DNA from: Nitrososphaerota archaeon
GTDB taxonomy: Archaea; Thermoproteota; Nitrososphaeria; Nitrososphaerales; JACQRY01
DNA length: 64,000 nucleotides
Assembly: GCA_016184315.1 (NCBI GenBank)
Contig: JACPCU010000010.1
Location: 10,035-74,034, forward strand
Reading direction: 5' to 3'
The stretch's first letter is position 1; the number at the start of each line of letters is the position of its first letter. This document shows, piece after piece, positions 10,423 through 19,915 of this stretch. The notes beneath the pieces were generated by a model that worked only from the letters and a program-made list of their open reading frames with translations, ran no database searches and was not told where the DNA came from. A program made the translations under genes and the position numbers.

Positions 10423-10511
10423 TGGACCGGGGGGGATTTGAACCCCCGACCTCCCGCGTGCGAGGCGGGCGTCTGTACTTGACGTGAATCGTACCGCTGA
10501 ACTACCGGCCC
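10423..10511 (-). tRNA. tRNA-Ala(CGC) with a 16-nt non-canonical intron (10473-10488) in the D stem
   Basis: Acceptor GGGCCGG/CCGGTCC-A with G3:U70; anticodon arm CCCGC-CT-CGC-AC-GCGGG; T loop TTCAAAT. Removing TTCACGTCAAGTACAG restores the GTTC/GAAC D stem and a 73-nt tRNA. Confidence 0.95.
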
Positions 10512-10579
10512 TAGAATGCCGCTTCTCGACAAACGATTTAAGCCTTCTATGATTCACACTTATCATCAGAGCATAAGAC

Positions 10580-11359
10580 ATGGTAGAATCTTTGTCAACC
10601 AAATCACGTCTAGCTACATGGCCGCTCACTGCATTAGCTCTGTTTATGATACTGTCAGATCTGTTCAGCGTCTGGGTCAAGGTTGACATACCGCTACTCT
10701 TCCGCACAATTTCAGTGCTACTTATCCCCGCGATGGCCATCTACGTGGCTTCGTTATACGGTTGGAGTTTTACGTCAAGAAGCTTCTTGGTTCTCTTTCT
10801 AGGTGGACTAGGAGTAGAGGTTCTGGGCACAAGAACAGGCATACCCTTCGGGGAATACTTCTACACCGAAAGATTTCAACCGCAGATCCTCAATGTGCCC
10901 GTACAGATACCGTTAGCGTGGTTCACTCTGGGTTTGATGTGTTATTCTCTGGCGAGCCTCAATTCTAATAGAAGACTCCTCAAAGTCAGCTTGGCCTCAA
11001 TTCTCATGGTTTCATGGGACATTCTCTACGACCCAGCGTTCTCAGCCATGGGGAGCTGGGTTTGGATGCAAGGAGAATACTTCGGAGTCCCTTTAACCAA
11101 CTTCCTAGGCTGGCTTCTAGCATCCCTAATCTTCTTCCTGATCATTGAAGCCTTTGCCAACCGAAACCCCGAGCCCATTGACTACCGAGCCAAGCTGCCT
11201 CCCCTGACTCTCTACGCTGCCTATATGGTTGACGGTCTAATGCTAAACGTCACGCTAGAACAGCCAATCGCCGCCGTCATAGGAGTATTAGCCATGGCAT
11301 CGACTCTAACCCTGACCCATATTCCACGCCTATTCAGTATCAAAGCGAAGAACACTTGA
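10580..11359 (+). CDS. Carotenoid biosynthesis protein CruF-like (DUF422)
   Basis: E..G..TG.PFG.Y.Y, VP..IP.AW, WD...DP and W.W...YFGVP..NFLGW motifs. Confidence 0.85.
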   Translation: MVESLSTKSRLATWPLTALALFMILSDLFSVWVKVDIPLLFRTISVLLIPAMAIYVASLYGWSFTSRSFLVLFLGGLGVEVLGTRTGIPFGEYFYTERFQPQILNVPVQIPLAWFTLGLMCYSLASLNSNRRLLKVSLASILMVSWDILYDPAFSAMGSWVWMQGEYFGVPLTNFLGWLLASLIFFLIIEAFANRNPEPIDYRAKLPPLTLYAAYMVDGLMLNVTLEQPIAAVIGVLAMASTLTLTHIPRLFSIKAKNT

Positions 11360-11412
11360 ATTACACGTGACTTAGAAACGCTTATTTCGAAAACCCTCCT
11401 TTTCAATGATCC

Positions 11413-12108
11413 ATGCCCTCCCGCATCTCTGAAAACATCTCTATACAATCCAACGGCGGAAAAATAGCTGCATATCTAAGCCGACCCTCATCACAAGAAA
11501 AACATCCTGCCATCATAATCATTCATGAATGGTGGGGACTGGTGTCTCACATTAAAGACGTCACAGACCGATACGCATCAGAAGGATACGTGGCTCTTGC
11601 ACCCGATCTCTTCAACGGAGCCATAGCTAACAGTCGAGAAGAAGCTTCGAAGCTATCATCAAGTGTCAACACGCAAACATCAAACCGCATACTAGAAGAA
11701 GCACTACACTACCTGAGAAACAAGCCTTACGTGAGACCTGACAGAATAGGGATCACAGGCTTCTGCTTCGGCGGAACACACAGCCTCCACTTCACCTGCG
11801 TATCAAACAAGATAGCTGCAGGCGCCATCTACTATGCTACACGCCTACCCAGCGAAGACCTGCTGGCAAAGATCACCGCTCCCCTACTCATAATCTACGG
11901 TGACCAAGACCCCTCAGTAAAACCTGAACAGGCAAGACAACTAGAATCCACGCTCAAAAACCTCGGCAAACCAGCTCAACTACTCATGTACCCAAACTGT
12001 CCACACGCCTTCTTCAACGACCAAAACCCTCAAACCTATAGACCGGAAGCCGCCAAAGACGCATGGAATAAGACCCTGACCTTCTTCGAAAACCACCTTA
12101 AAACATAA
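11413..12108 (+). CDS. Dienelactone hydrolase family protein
   Basis: HEWWG, GFCFGG nucleophile elbow, HAFFND. Confidence 0.92.
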   Translation: MPSRISENISIQSNGGKIAAYLSRPSSQEKHPAIIIIHEWWGLVSHIKDVTDRYASEGYVALAPDLFNGAIANSREEASKLSSSVNTQTSNRILEEALHYLRNKPYVRPDRIGITGFCFGGTHSLHFTCVSNKIAAGAIYYATRLPSEDLLAKITAPLLIIYGDQDPSVKPEQARQLESTLKNLGKPAQLLMYPNCPHAFFNDQNPQTYRPEAAKDAWNKTLTFFENHLKT

Positions 12109-12233
12109 CACTATCTCCGACTTCCCCAGATAACACCCTAGACCTATATATGACACAAACAAACCCCACCCTTACTTTACCGAAGACTTAGGCAACAGAA
12201 CCAAGAGCAAAAACAACTACCGATTCACCGGAA

Positions 12234-12275
12234 CTTGAAATTTATATTGTAAGGGGGGTCTCACAGCTCCACAAC
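12234..12275 (+). repeat. Dispersed ~42-nt intergenic element, copy 1
   Basis: CTTGAAATTTATATTGTAAGGGGGGTCTCACAGCTCCACAAC; 37/42 identical to 52490-52531(-). Confidence 0.85.
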
Positions 12276-12336
12276 AAAGCTATCATCCAAACCGAGGAGA
12301 AAAACCTATTCTGCAGCACAACACAACCCCGATCCT

Positions 12337-12859
12337 ATGGACGCATACCAATGCATAGCAACAAAACTGGATCAACGAGAATTCACTTCAAGAACAGTGC
12401 CCACCGAAGTGAAATTGAAGGTCTTGGAATCTGCAAGGCTCACAGGAAGCGGCATGAACAGCCAACACTGGCGATTCATACTCATACAGAACCATAGTAA
12501 CCTAAGAAGACTAGCTGAGGCAAGCACCACCGGAACATGGGTAGAAAACTGCAGTTTCGCCGTCATAGTGTTAACCAACCCGAAACATGGTTTCCACATG
12601 ATTGATGCAGGGAGAGTAGCGCAAGACATGCAGATCGCAGCATGGAACTATGGTGTAACATCCTGCGTGTTCACAGGAATAAGAGAGGAAAGATTCCGAA
12701 AAGACTTCAACATACCTAAGGATCTGAATATCTCCATCATAGTGGGCTTCGGATACCCCGACCGCAAACTATCTGGGAAGAAGAACCGTAAAGCCTCCCA
12801 AAGAACTTGTCTTCCTAGAAACCTACGGAAACATATTTGATACCAGTAGTCTAAGCTAA
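12337..12859 (+). CDS. Nitroreductase family protein with an apparent 1-nt frameshift near the 3' end
   Basis: SGMNSQHWRF and DAGRVAQDMQIAAW motifs. An extra A at 12790-12792 shifts the expected tail RKPPKELVFLETYG into another frame (stop at 12859). Confidence 0.8.
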
Positions 12860-12930
12860 CCTGCACCCATTCAACTGGTTAACAGAAGATAGCAGTAACG
12901 TTATAGCGCAAGTAGACTTACACACGACAC

Positions 12931-13692
12931 ATGCGTCTCAGGGAAAAGGTGGCTTTAGTAACAGGAGGAGGCTCAGGAATAGGCCGGGCTACGTCAACCC
13001 TATTCGCCGGTGAAGGCGCGAAGGTTGTTGTGGCAGACTCTGTGGTGGATGGGGCTAGGGAAACAGTTCAGACGATCAAGGAGAATGGAGGAGAAGCGAT
13101 CAGTGTTCAAGGCGACGTTTCGCAAGCTGCTGATGCTGAACGCATGGTGCAAGAAACAGTCAATACATACGGCAAACTAGATGTCCTCTTCAACAACGCA
13201 GGCTACAACGTGTACGGCTCGGTCCACGAATTGTCCGAACAGGACTGGGATAAGCTCATGTCAGTGAATCTCAAAGGAGTCTTCCTTGTGTCGAAATACG
13301 CCGTCAAACATATGATGAAGACAGGCGGAGGCTCAATAGTCAACAACGCCTCCAGCTTCGGAATCATCGCTTATCCCCGTGACCCAGTCTACTGCGCCTC
13401 CAAAGGAGGAATCATCTCGCTCACCCGCCAAATGGCCCTAGACTACGCATCCTACAACATCAGAGTGAACTGCATCTGCCCAGGCCCAACCCTTACACCC
13501 AGAATCGAAAGAGCCATCAAAGCTGCTCCGGACCCAGAGGAACGCCGGAAACAATCAATCAAGAATGTTCTGCTCGGGAGATTCGCCAAACCAGAGGAGA
13601 TAGCATACCCAGTTCTCTTCCTAGCCTCAGATGAAGCATCATTCATCACAGGCATAGCTCTTCAAGCAGACGGGGGGCAAACCATCCACTAA
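12931..13692 (+). CDS. Short-chain dehydrogenase/reductase
   Basis: TGGGSGIG, NNAG, YCASK. Confidence 0.95.
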   Translation: MRLREKVALVTGGGSGIGRATSTLFAGEGAKVVVADSVVDGARETVQTIKENGGEAISVQGDVSQAADAERMVQETVNTYGKLDVLFNNAGYNVYGSVHELSEQDWDKLMSVNLKGVFLVSKYAVKHMMKTGGGSIVNNASSFGIIAYPRDPVYCASKGGIISLTRQMALDYASYNIRVNCICPGPTLTPRIERAIKAAPDPEERRKQSIKNVLLGRFAKPEEIAYPVLFLASDEASFITGIALQADGGQTIH

Positions 13693-13730
13693 CAAAATGC
13701 GGCCAAAACAATCCCTTTGCGCCCCGAAGA

Positions 13731-14912
13731 TTACCTGCTGTTCAACGCCAGATCTTTTCTTAAGAGGATGATCGACAGAAAGCCCACCACGCCCAAGACA
13801 ATAGGGAAGATGAAGCCAACCCTGTATCCGAACCCTTGCGCCAAAGCCCCTATTATTGCGGGCGTTACCCCCGCACCCGTAGTAGAACCCAGCGCAGTCA
13901 CGACCCCAATATGGCTGCTCACATTACTCCGAGGAGCATGATCTGAGACCGCCGCGAAGATCACTGGGTAAAACATTGCGCAGACGCTGGTTAGAGCAAA
14001 GAGTAAGGCGATTATTGCTGCGCTTGACGCTACTGTTGCGATCGCTAATCCCAGAGTCATACTTGTGACCGATGTAAAGAGTATGACTGGCAGCCTGCCA
14101 AACCTGTCTGAAGCTATTCCGGCAATAATCTTCGTGACCATTCCAAATACTCGTGACGCGCCGAAAACTAGAGCCACATACACCGCGTCCAGTCTAAACA
14201 CATCAGTCAAATACAGAGGTATGATCGACACAAGACCCAGATCTATGGCAGTTACTCCCATAAACGCAGCCGCAGCAAGGACTATTCCCCTTCTACCCCA
14301 ATTCTTTGCTTCAACAGAATCTTCGCCTGCAAGCCGCTGCTGAGTCCGACTGGAAGACTTGGTGAGCCGCAATAATAATGGCAAAATGATGATTCCGAAC
14401 AAACCCAAGAATAAGAGGGGTCCTCTCCAGTCGAACCGTGAAAGAATTATGCCTGCGGCGACTGGTCCCATAACCATTCCAAGAGACGCAGCAGACTCAT
14501 GAATACCGAAGACCAGCCCTCTCACGTCAGTTGGGTGAGAAGAGGATAGCAAGCTTACACCTGCGGGCAGGTAGCCACCTAATCCAGCTCCGGCCAAGAA
14601 GAAGAACAGACCAGTGGAATACAGATTATTCGTCAAGGCCGACGCAAGAAGAGCTGTTGCCGTAAGCGAAACGGCGAAGAAAACCACGTTTCGATCACCA
14701 AATCTGCGAGCAGCCAGACCACTTGGAATATACGAGAGTCCTATGCCCAAAGTCAACATGCTGATCAGTAAGCTGATCTCAGCCGTGGAATAACCAAATG
14801 ATTGTTTGATTATTGGGCTAATGGCAGGTATAGCAAGCCTAGAAGCGAAGTTCCAGAACCATGCGAGGGAACACGCTAAGAGAACGGCGGACACATAGGT
14901 TCGCAACGGCAA
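13731..14912 (-). CDS. MFS transporter
   Basis: About 12 TM helices; G..ARRFGDR and GIASDRFGR loop motifs. Confidence 0.9.
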   Translation of the reverse strand: MPLRTYVSAVLLACSLAWFWNFASRLAIPAISPIIKQSFGYSTAEISLLISMLTLGIGLSYIPSGLAARRFGDRNVVFFAVSLTATALLASALTNNLYSTGLFFFLAGAGLGGYLPAGVSLLSSSHPTDVRGLVFGIHESAASLGMVMGPVAAGIILSRFDWRGPLLFLGLFGIIILPLLLRLTKSSSRTQQRLAGEDSVEAKNWGRRGIVLAAAAFMGVTAIDLGLVSIIPLYLTDVFRLDAVYVALVFGASRVFGMVTKIIAGIASDRFGRLPVILFTSVTSMTLGLAIATVASSAAIIALLFALTSVCAMFYPVIFAAVSDHAPRSNVSSHIGVVTALGSTTGAGVTPAIIGALAQGFGYRVGFIFPIVLGVVGFLSIILLRKDLALNSR

Positions 14913-14959
14913 ACTCCTCTTATCTTAGGAGCCTCTTTCACGTAAAGTCAATGTTAAGC

Positions 14960-15355
14960 CTCTTTTAGATTACTCGAGCCTTCGCAACCAAGTTTCACGG
15001 CAAAATCATCCTCTTCCATGAGAACAGTTCCTCCAACGATGGTTGGAACAGGCATCTTGCACTTCCCAGCCTTCATACGGAGTCCACCCTCCTTGTTGCA
15101 AATCTAGTCGCGTGTTATGGTCTTCCTTTTCCCCGTATCGTCAATCATGGTGAACCCACCTGCATCTGTGACTTGCGTACCGGTGGTGAAACCTTCTCTG
15201 TAAGTGTATCCAAGCTCCCTGAGATGCACAGGAGTATCGATCATTACGGGCAAGATAATCTTCCCGTTATTGACTGGAACGCTAAGATTAACACAACCAA
15301 ACGGCGTAGAGACAATACCACCATCAATGAGCAGATCTGTGTTTACCATGGCCAT
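14960..15355 (-). pseudogene. Dihydroorotase/allantoinase remnant with a large internal deletion
   Basis: N-terminal LLIDGGIVST...ILPVMIDTPVHLRELGYTYREGFTTGT..AGGFT joined almost directly to C-terminal WTPYEGW..PVPTIVGG fragments in shifting frames; boundaries approximate. Confidence 0.75.
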
Positions 15356-15531
15356 ACAGGGTTCAAGCAATTGACGTCTTAAACAGATCGAGGAAGGACC
15401 GCCTGCGGAGTTGAGGCTGTACCCTCCAGTTTTCATGAAGATGGTGCAGAATTAGGGCCGTCGCCAATTTGTGGCACTGCGGATGCCCATTTATAACGGA
15501 GGGGAATGCTACTTCAGCAAGCGGTGGCTCA

Positions 15532-16290
15532 TTGTCTGACGTCTCGGTTGCCAAAGCATTGTCATCCGATCTGAGTTGGCATATCCTAGACCTGCTAATG
15601 TCCAGTGAACTGTCAGCGCTGGAAATCGCCAATGCTCTGAGTGCAAAACCTTCTCTCGTTAAGCTTCATCTCAGAAAACTTGTTGAAGCAGGCATAGTAG
15701 TCTCCAAGGAAAATGCTCTTCCTGACGGCAAGACCATATGCATCTATAGACCAACCAACGATGCCAAGGCAGTCGGATTTCCCCCGAGGAACTATCAATT
15801 CTTGAGTGACGCACTAATTGAGGGACTGATACGCTCGCTCGGGGAAGACGCAGCAAGAACTATCCTCCGCGACATCGGAGAGCGCGCAGGAGAAGACACT
15901 GCTCACCTCCTTGTGTCAAAAACCGAAGTAACGAAATGGGATGCCAAGACATACGCAGAGCATTTCGTCAAGAACTTCATGTCGCAAATGAAGACCTACC
16001 CTAGGATAATTGAATTAGGTAATCATCACATAGTATACGAGCAGGCAAACTGCGTTTTCCTTGAATTGGGGATCAAACGCCCAGGTTTAGTATGTGATGT
16101 TCTCGACCAGGCAGTTAGAGAAAGTATCGACAGAAAGCTCGGTGCTAACGAGTCCATACGGTTGTCCTGTATGGGTCACGGAGATCCCACATGCAAATAC
16201 ATGATAAAATGGAACTCTGAGCCAAACAAATCAGTCTCCAACCAAAGTTCACAGGTAAAGCGATATGCTGAAAAACGCTCTAAGTTGTAG
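15532..16290 (+). CDS. ArsR-type HTH regulator with V4R-like C-terminal domain
   Basis: HTH (KLHLRKLVEAG), PPRNY, C-x-F..VC and CMGHGDPTC; paralog of 27291-27995; TTG start chosen by alignment to the paralog. Confidence 0.8.
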   Translation: MSDVSVAKALSSDLSWHILDLLMSSELSALEIANALSAKPSLVKLHLRKLVEAGIVVSKENALPDGKTICIYRPTNDAKAVGFPPRNYQFLSDALIEGLIRSLGEDAARTILRDIGERAGEDTAHLLVSKTEVTKWDAKTYAEHFVKNFMSQMKTYPRIIELGNHHIVYEQANCVFLELGIKRPGLVCDVLDQAVRESIDRKLGANESIRLSCMGHGDPTCKYMIKWNSEPNKSVSNQSSQVKRYAEKRSKL

Positions 16291-16307
16291 CTATCAAGGC
16301 AACAGCA

Positions 16308-16667
16308 TTACGGCCTGCCCATATAGCTCCAGAACCTCATAAACCGCCCCAGAATACCTTCATTAGGGATCAAGTCAACCTCCAGAATATCCCCCTCATA
16401 TCTTACTGTGATAGACTTTACCATGCTCCTGTAGAACATGCGTTTGCCTCCGCTATCTATGACACCTGCGTGCTCCACTGTTAGGAGCCCCAAGTCGAGA
16501 AGTTCCTCTACATATCGGTAGATGCTCCTCATCGGCAATGCAAGTTCCTCCGATAGCTCAACTGCAGACTTGGCTTTGTCGAGCGTAGATGCAATTATTT
16601 TGCGGCTATGCGAGTCTGATGTGCAATCGGCCAACTTCTCCGCCATGATTCGATCATTGACTCGCAT
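16308..16667 (-). CDS. Winged-helix transcriptional regulator
   Basis: KSAVELSEELALPMRSIYRYVEELLDLGLL HTH; divergent from the redox operon. Confidence 0.8.
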   Translation of the reverse strand: MRVNDRIMAEKLADCTSDSHSRKIIASTLDKAKSAVELSEELALPMRSIYRYVEELLDLGLLTVEHAGVIDSGGKRMFYRSMVKSITVRYEGDILEVDLIPNEGILGRFMRFWSYMGRP

Positions 16668-16739
16668 GTCGGGATTGCGCCAAATTTTGGCATACTCCTT
16701 CCTGTCTTATTAGATTGGCGTTGGCCCCTGTCGAATACT

Positions 16740-17549
16740 TTGGCCTCCAGATTGTCTAGGCGACGGTTCCTGCAGGGTGCAGCGGCCACAGGAGCAGCGG
16801 TGGTACTAGGGGGCATGGCAACAGGTGCCTTACCCGTCCCAAATCTACCTTTACCAGCGGATGGACGGGATAAACGGGGTGTGCCGAACCGAAAGTGGGT
16901 CATGGCAATTGACTTAGAGCGATGCGACGGTTGCAAGAAGTGCACTGAGGCTTGTGTCGCGGAGCACTTTGTTCCGCCAGGCCAAGAGTGGATCAGAGTG
17001 CTTGATGAACAATCTAGTCCTCAGGGCGGTGAACTGTACCTTCCGCGTCCTTGTATGCAGTGTGAAAATCCTCCTTGTGTGAAGGTTTGTCCAGTCGAGG
17101 CGACTTATCGCCGTGAGGATGGCGTAGTTCTCATAGATCATACTCGTTGCATAGGTTGCCGATTCTGTATGGCTGCTTGCCCTTACAACGCACGGTCATT
17201 CAACTGGTCTGAGCCTCCTCACAGTCCTGGTGAAAGGCTGATCAAATATTCCCCTGAATACCCTGTCCCCCACAGAGTGGGAACAGTTGAGAAATGCATG
17301 TTCTGCGCCCACCGAGTGAGCATGGGAAGGCTGCCGGCATGCGTAGAGGCCTGCACGAACGAGGGCATGGGGGCCATCTTCTTTGGCGATAGGAATGAAG
17401 ACGTTGTGACGAACGGCAAGGAGACTGTGAAATTCTCAGAGATGATTGAAAAGAGGCATGGTTACAGGTACAAGGAAGAATTCGGAACTCATCCGCGAGT
17501 TCTCTATCTTCCAGCAGGGCCAGCCCATGTCCATAAAAAGAGAGCGTGA
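16740..17549 (+). CDS. Tat-exported 4Fe-4S dicluster protein (NrfC/PsrB/ActB2-like)
   Basis: SRRRFL Tat signal; CDGCKKCTEAC, CMQCENPPCVKVCP, CIGCRFCMAACPY, CMFC..PACVEAC. Confidence 0.92.
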   Translation: MASRLSRRRFLQGAAATGAAVVLGGMATGALPVPNLPLPADGRDKRGVPNRKWVMAIDLERCDGCKKCTEACVAEHFVPPGQEWIRVLDEQSSPQGGELYLPRPCMQCENPPCVKVCPVEATYRREDGVVLIDHTRCIGCRFCMAACPYNARSFNWSEPPHSPGERLIKYSPEYPVPHRVGTVEKCMFCAHRVSMGRLPACVEACTNEGMGAIFFGDRNEDVVTNGKETVKFSEMIEKRHGYRYKEEFGTHPRVLYLPAGPAHVHKKRA

Positions 17550-18883
17550 GTTTGGTAATGAAACATTCTTCTGATCAGTTAAGCGATCCACTGATGCTTC
17601 CGCTCCAGAAGACAGGCGTTAACTTCTACCTGTTTGTAGCAGCGCTTGCAGCAATAGTGGGGTGGGGCCTCTACGCATACTCAACCCAGCTCAAAGACGG
17701 TTTAGCAACCACAGGAATGAGGGATCTCGTAAGCTGGGGAGTCTACATCTCCAATTTCGTCTTCTTCATAGGAATAAGCCATGCGGGCACTCTCATCTCA
17801 GCCATTCTCAGGGTTACGAATGCCGATTGGAGAAGGCCTGTAACACGAATGGCTGAAGCAATCACAGTCATGGCTCTAATGATAGGAGCACTATTCCCCA
17901 TAATTGATCTGGGCAGACCAGAAAGGATGCTCAATCTTCTCATGTATGGAAGAATAGACTCACCCATAGTCTGGGATCTGATCTCTATCTCGACATACTT
18001 GACTGGAAGCATGATCTACCTTTACCTTCCTCTAATCCCAGACATAGCACATTACCGAGACAACCTCCAGAACACTTCTTGGTGGCGTAAGCGTCTCTAC
18101 CGTATTCTCTCCTTGGGTTGGAAGGGAACCGAGGAGCAGAAGAAGAATTTGGAGCGGGGAATCAGCGTCATGGCTATCATAATTATACCTGTCGCAGTCT
18201 CTGTGCACACAGTCGTCTCATGGATCTTCGGAATGACGCTAAGGGTGGGATGGAGAAGCAGCATCTTCGGACCATACTTCGTAGTCGGCGCCATCTTCAC
18301 AGGAATAGCTTCAATCATCGTGGCTATGGCCGCCTTCAGAAAGATCTACCACCTAGAATCCTACATCACATACCAACACTTCAAGAACCTAGGGTTATTG
18401 CTGCTTGTCCTTGACATAGCATACATCTACTTCACCATCAACGAGTATCTGACAGCTCTCTACAACGCCACTGATTCGGAGCTGCATCTTCTCTCTGCTC
18501 TAATATTCGGCCCATACTCACTCGATTTCTGGTTCTTCGCGGTAGGAGGCCTAATCATCCCTGCGGTTATCATTGCTGTGCCTGCTACAAGAACAATAGG
18601 AGGCTTGGTCATTGCATCCATCCTAGTCAACATCGCTCTATGGTTTAAGCGCTATGTAATAGTAATCCCTACCATGGCGAATCCTCAGCTACCAATAGGA
18701 TGGGGGCAGTATGCACCCACATGGGTCGAATGGTCCATAACAGCAGCCTCCATCGCCGGCTTCATCCTACTATTCACCGTGTTCTCAAAGGTCTTCACAA
18801 TAGTCTCCATCTGGGAGGTCAGCGAAGGGGCTGAAGGGCAACCGAACGCCGTCGGCAAGGGCCATAAAGGAGGGAACGCGTAA
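17546..18883 (+). CDS. NrfD/ActC-family polysulfide reductase-type membrane subunit
   Basis: WGVYISNFVFFIGISHAGTLISAILR, RMAE, DLGRP, SPIVWD, VSVHTVVSW. Confidence 0.92.
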   Translation: MSLVMKHSSDQLSDPLMLPLQKTGVNFYLFVAALAAIVGWGLYAYSTQLKDGLATTGMRDLVSWGVYISNFVFFIGISHAGTLISAILRVTNADWRRPVTRMAEAITVMALMIGALFPIIDLGRPERMLNLLMYGRIDSPIVWDLISISTYLTGSMIYLYLPLIPDIAHYRDNLQNTSWWRKRLYRILSLGWKGTEEQKKNLERGISVMAIIIIPVAVSVHTVVSWIFGMTLRVGWRSSIFGPYFVVGAIFTGIASIIVAMAAFRKIYHLESYITYQHFKNLGLLLLVLDIAYIYFTINEYLTALYNATDSELHLLSALIFGPYSLDFWFFAVGGLIIPAVIIAVPATRTIGGLVIASILVNIALWFKRYVIVIPTMANPQLPIGWGQYAPTWVEWSITAASIAGFILLFTVFSKVFTIVSIWEVSEGAEGQPNAVGKGHKGGNA

Positions 18884-19908
18884 TGAGTCGAGCCACCAGA
18901 ACACTCTTGTTATTCATTCTAGCTTCCTCACTAACACTTGGCTCAAGCCAGCTGCAACTGGTCAACCCGATGCTGCCTATGGCAGAAGCCCAAGCAGCCA
19001 CTCAAGCAAAGAACCTCGTCTTCCTAGTCTCCGCAGAAGGATTCAACAAAACAAAGGACCTATCAATAACGGTGAACGAAGGTGACCTTGTCCAAATAAA
19101 ACTTGTCTACGATGACGACTATATAGGAGACAACCCCCACACAATAAGGGTCCAAGGCTACGGCGTTGAAGGAACAGTTGGCCCCAAACAGAGAGAAGTC
19201 ACGCTAACCTTCAGAGCAACCGAAACAGGCTCATTCAAGGTAGTCTGCGGAAATGAAACATGCGAAGGTCATGAAAACCTCCAAGGATTTGTCATCGAAG
19301 TTAAGGCGCCAGACAAACCCACAGGAGCAAAACCTGAACCAGGAGCACCCGAATTACAGAAACCAGCTGTGCGTCCCAATCTCGCCTTCTCCGTTTCATT
19401 TCCGAAAATAATACGCCAAGGCTACGCTCTTGCAATTCAAGCAAAGATGCTGGATTCAGAAGGGACACCCATAGCCGGGTTTCCAATCACCTTCTACACC
19501 AACAGCACTTGGGGGCCAGTTAAGATCGGCAGCGCATACGCTAACGCTTCCGGTGTAGCAGTACTAGCCTATACGCCTGCTAGGGAAGGAGTATTTCAAT
19601 TCGCAGCACGTTTTGAAGGTGCAAAAGGATTCGAAGCTGCATCAGCTGAACCCGTGATCAAGATTCTTCCCTCGCTCACAACCCTGCCAGACAACGAGCC
19701 GATACTAGGAATCAAAGGATCAGTAGTCGCAATGGTCGGGTTGGTCATAGCATCCGTTTGGGCAACCTACGCCTACGTTCTAAGCAGACTGTTTCGGATA
19801 GCTACGGCCAAGACAACACCAACTCAACACGGAGAATCTGGTAAGCCTAGCGAGGGCAGGACAACCGTGCCCGGGATAAGAGCTGGACGCCTAGAAGAAG
19901 CCTCCTGA
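18883..19908 (+). CDS. Membrane-anchored cupredoxin-domain plus Ig-like protein
   Basis: Signal peptide; ITVNEGDLV..NPH...G.F.VVCGNETCEGHENL; Ig-like middle region; C-terminal TM. Confidence 0.75.
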   Translation: MSRATRTLLLFILASSLTLGSSQLQLVNPMLPMAEAQAATQAKNLVFLVSAEGFNKTKDLSITVNEGDLVQIKLVYDDDYIGDNPHTIRVQGYGVEGTVGPKQREVTLTFRATETGSFKVVCGNETCEGHENLQGFVIEVKAPDKPTGAKPEPGAPELQKPAVRPNLAFSVSFPKIIRQGYALAIQAKMLDSEGTPIAGFPITFYTNSTWGPVKIGSAYANASGVAVLAYTPAREGVFQFAARFEGAKGFEAASAEPVIKILPSLTTLPDNEPILGIKGSVVAMVGLVIASVWATYAYVLSRLFRIATAKTTPTQHGESGKPSEGRTTVPGIRAGRLEEAS

Positions 19909-19915
19909 CGAGCCT

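Noticed and set aside
10408-10740. 110-aa minus-strand ORF
   Set aside because: Runs through the tRNA-Ala gene and antisense to the cruF-like gene; spurious.
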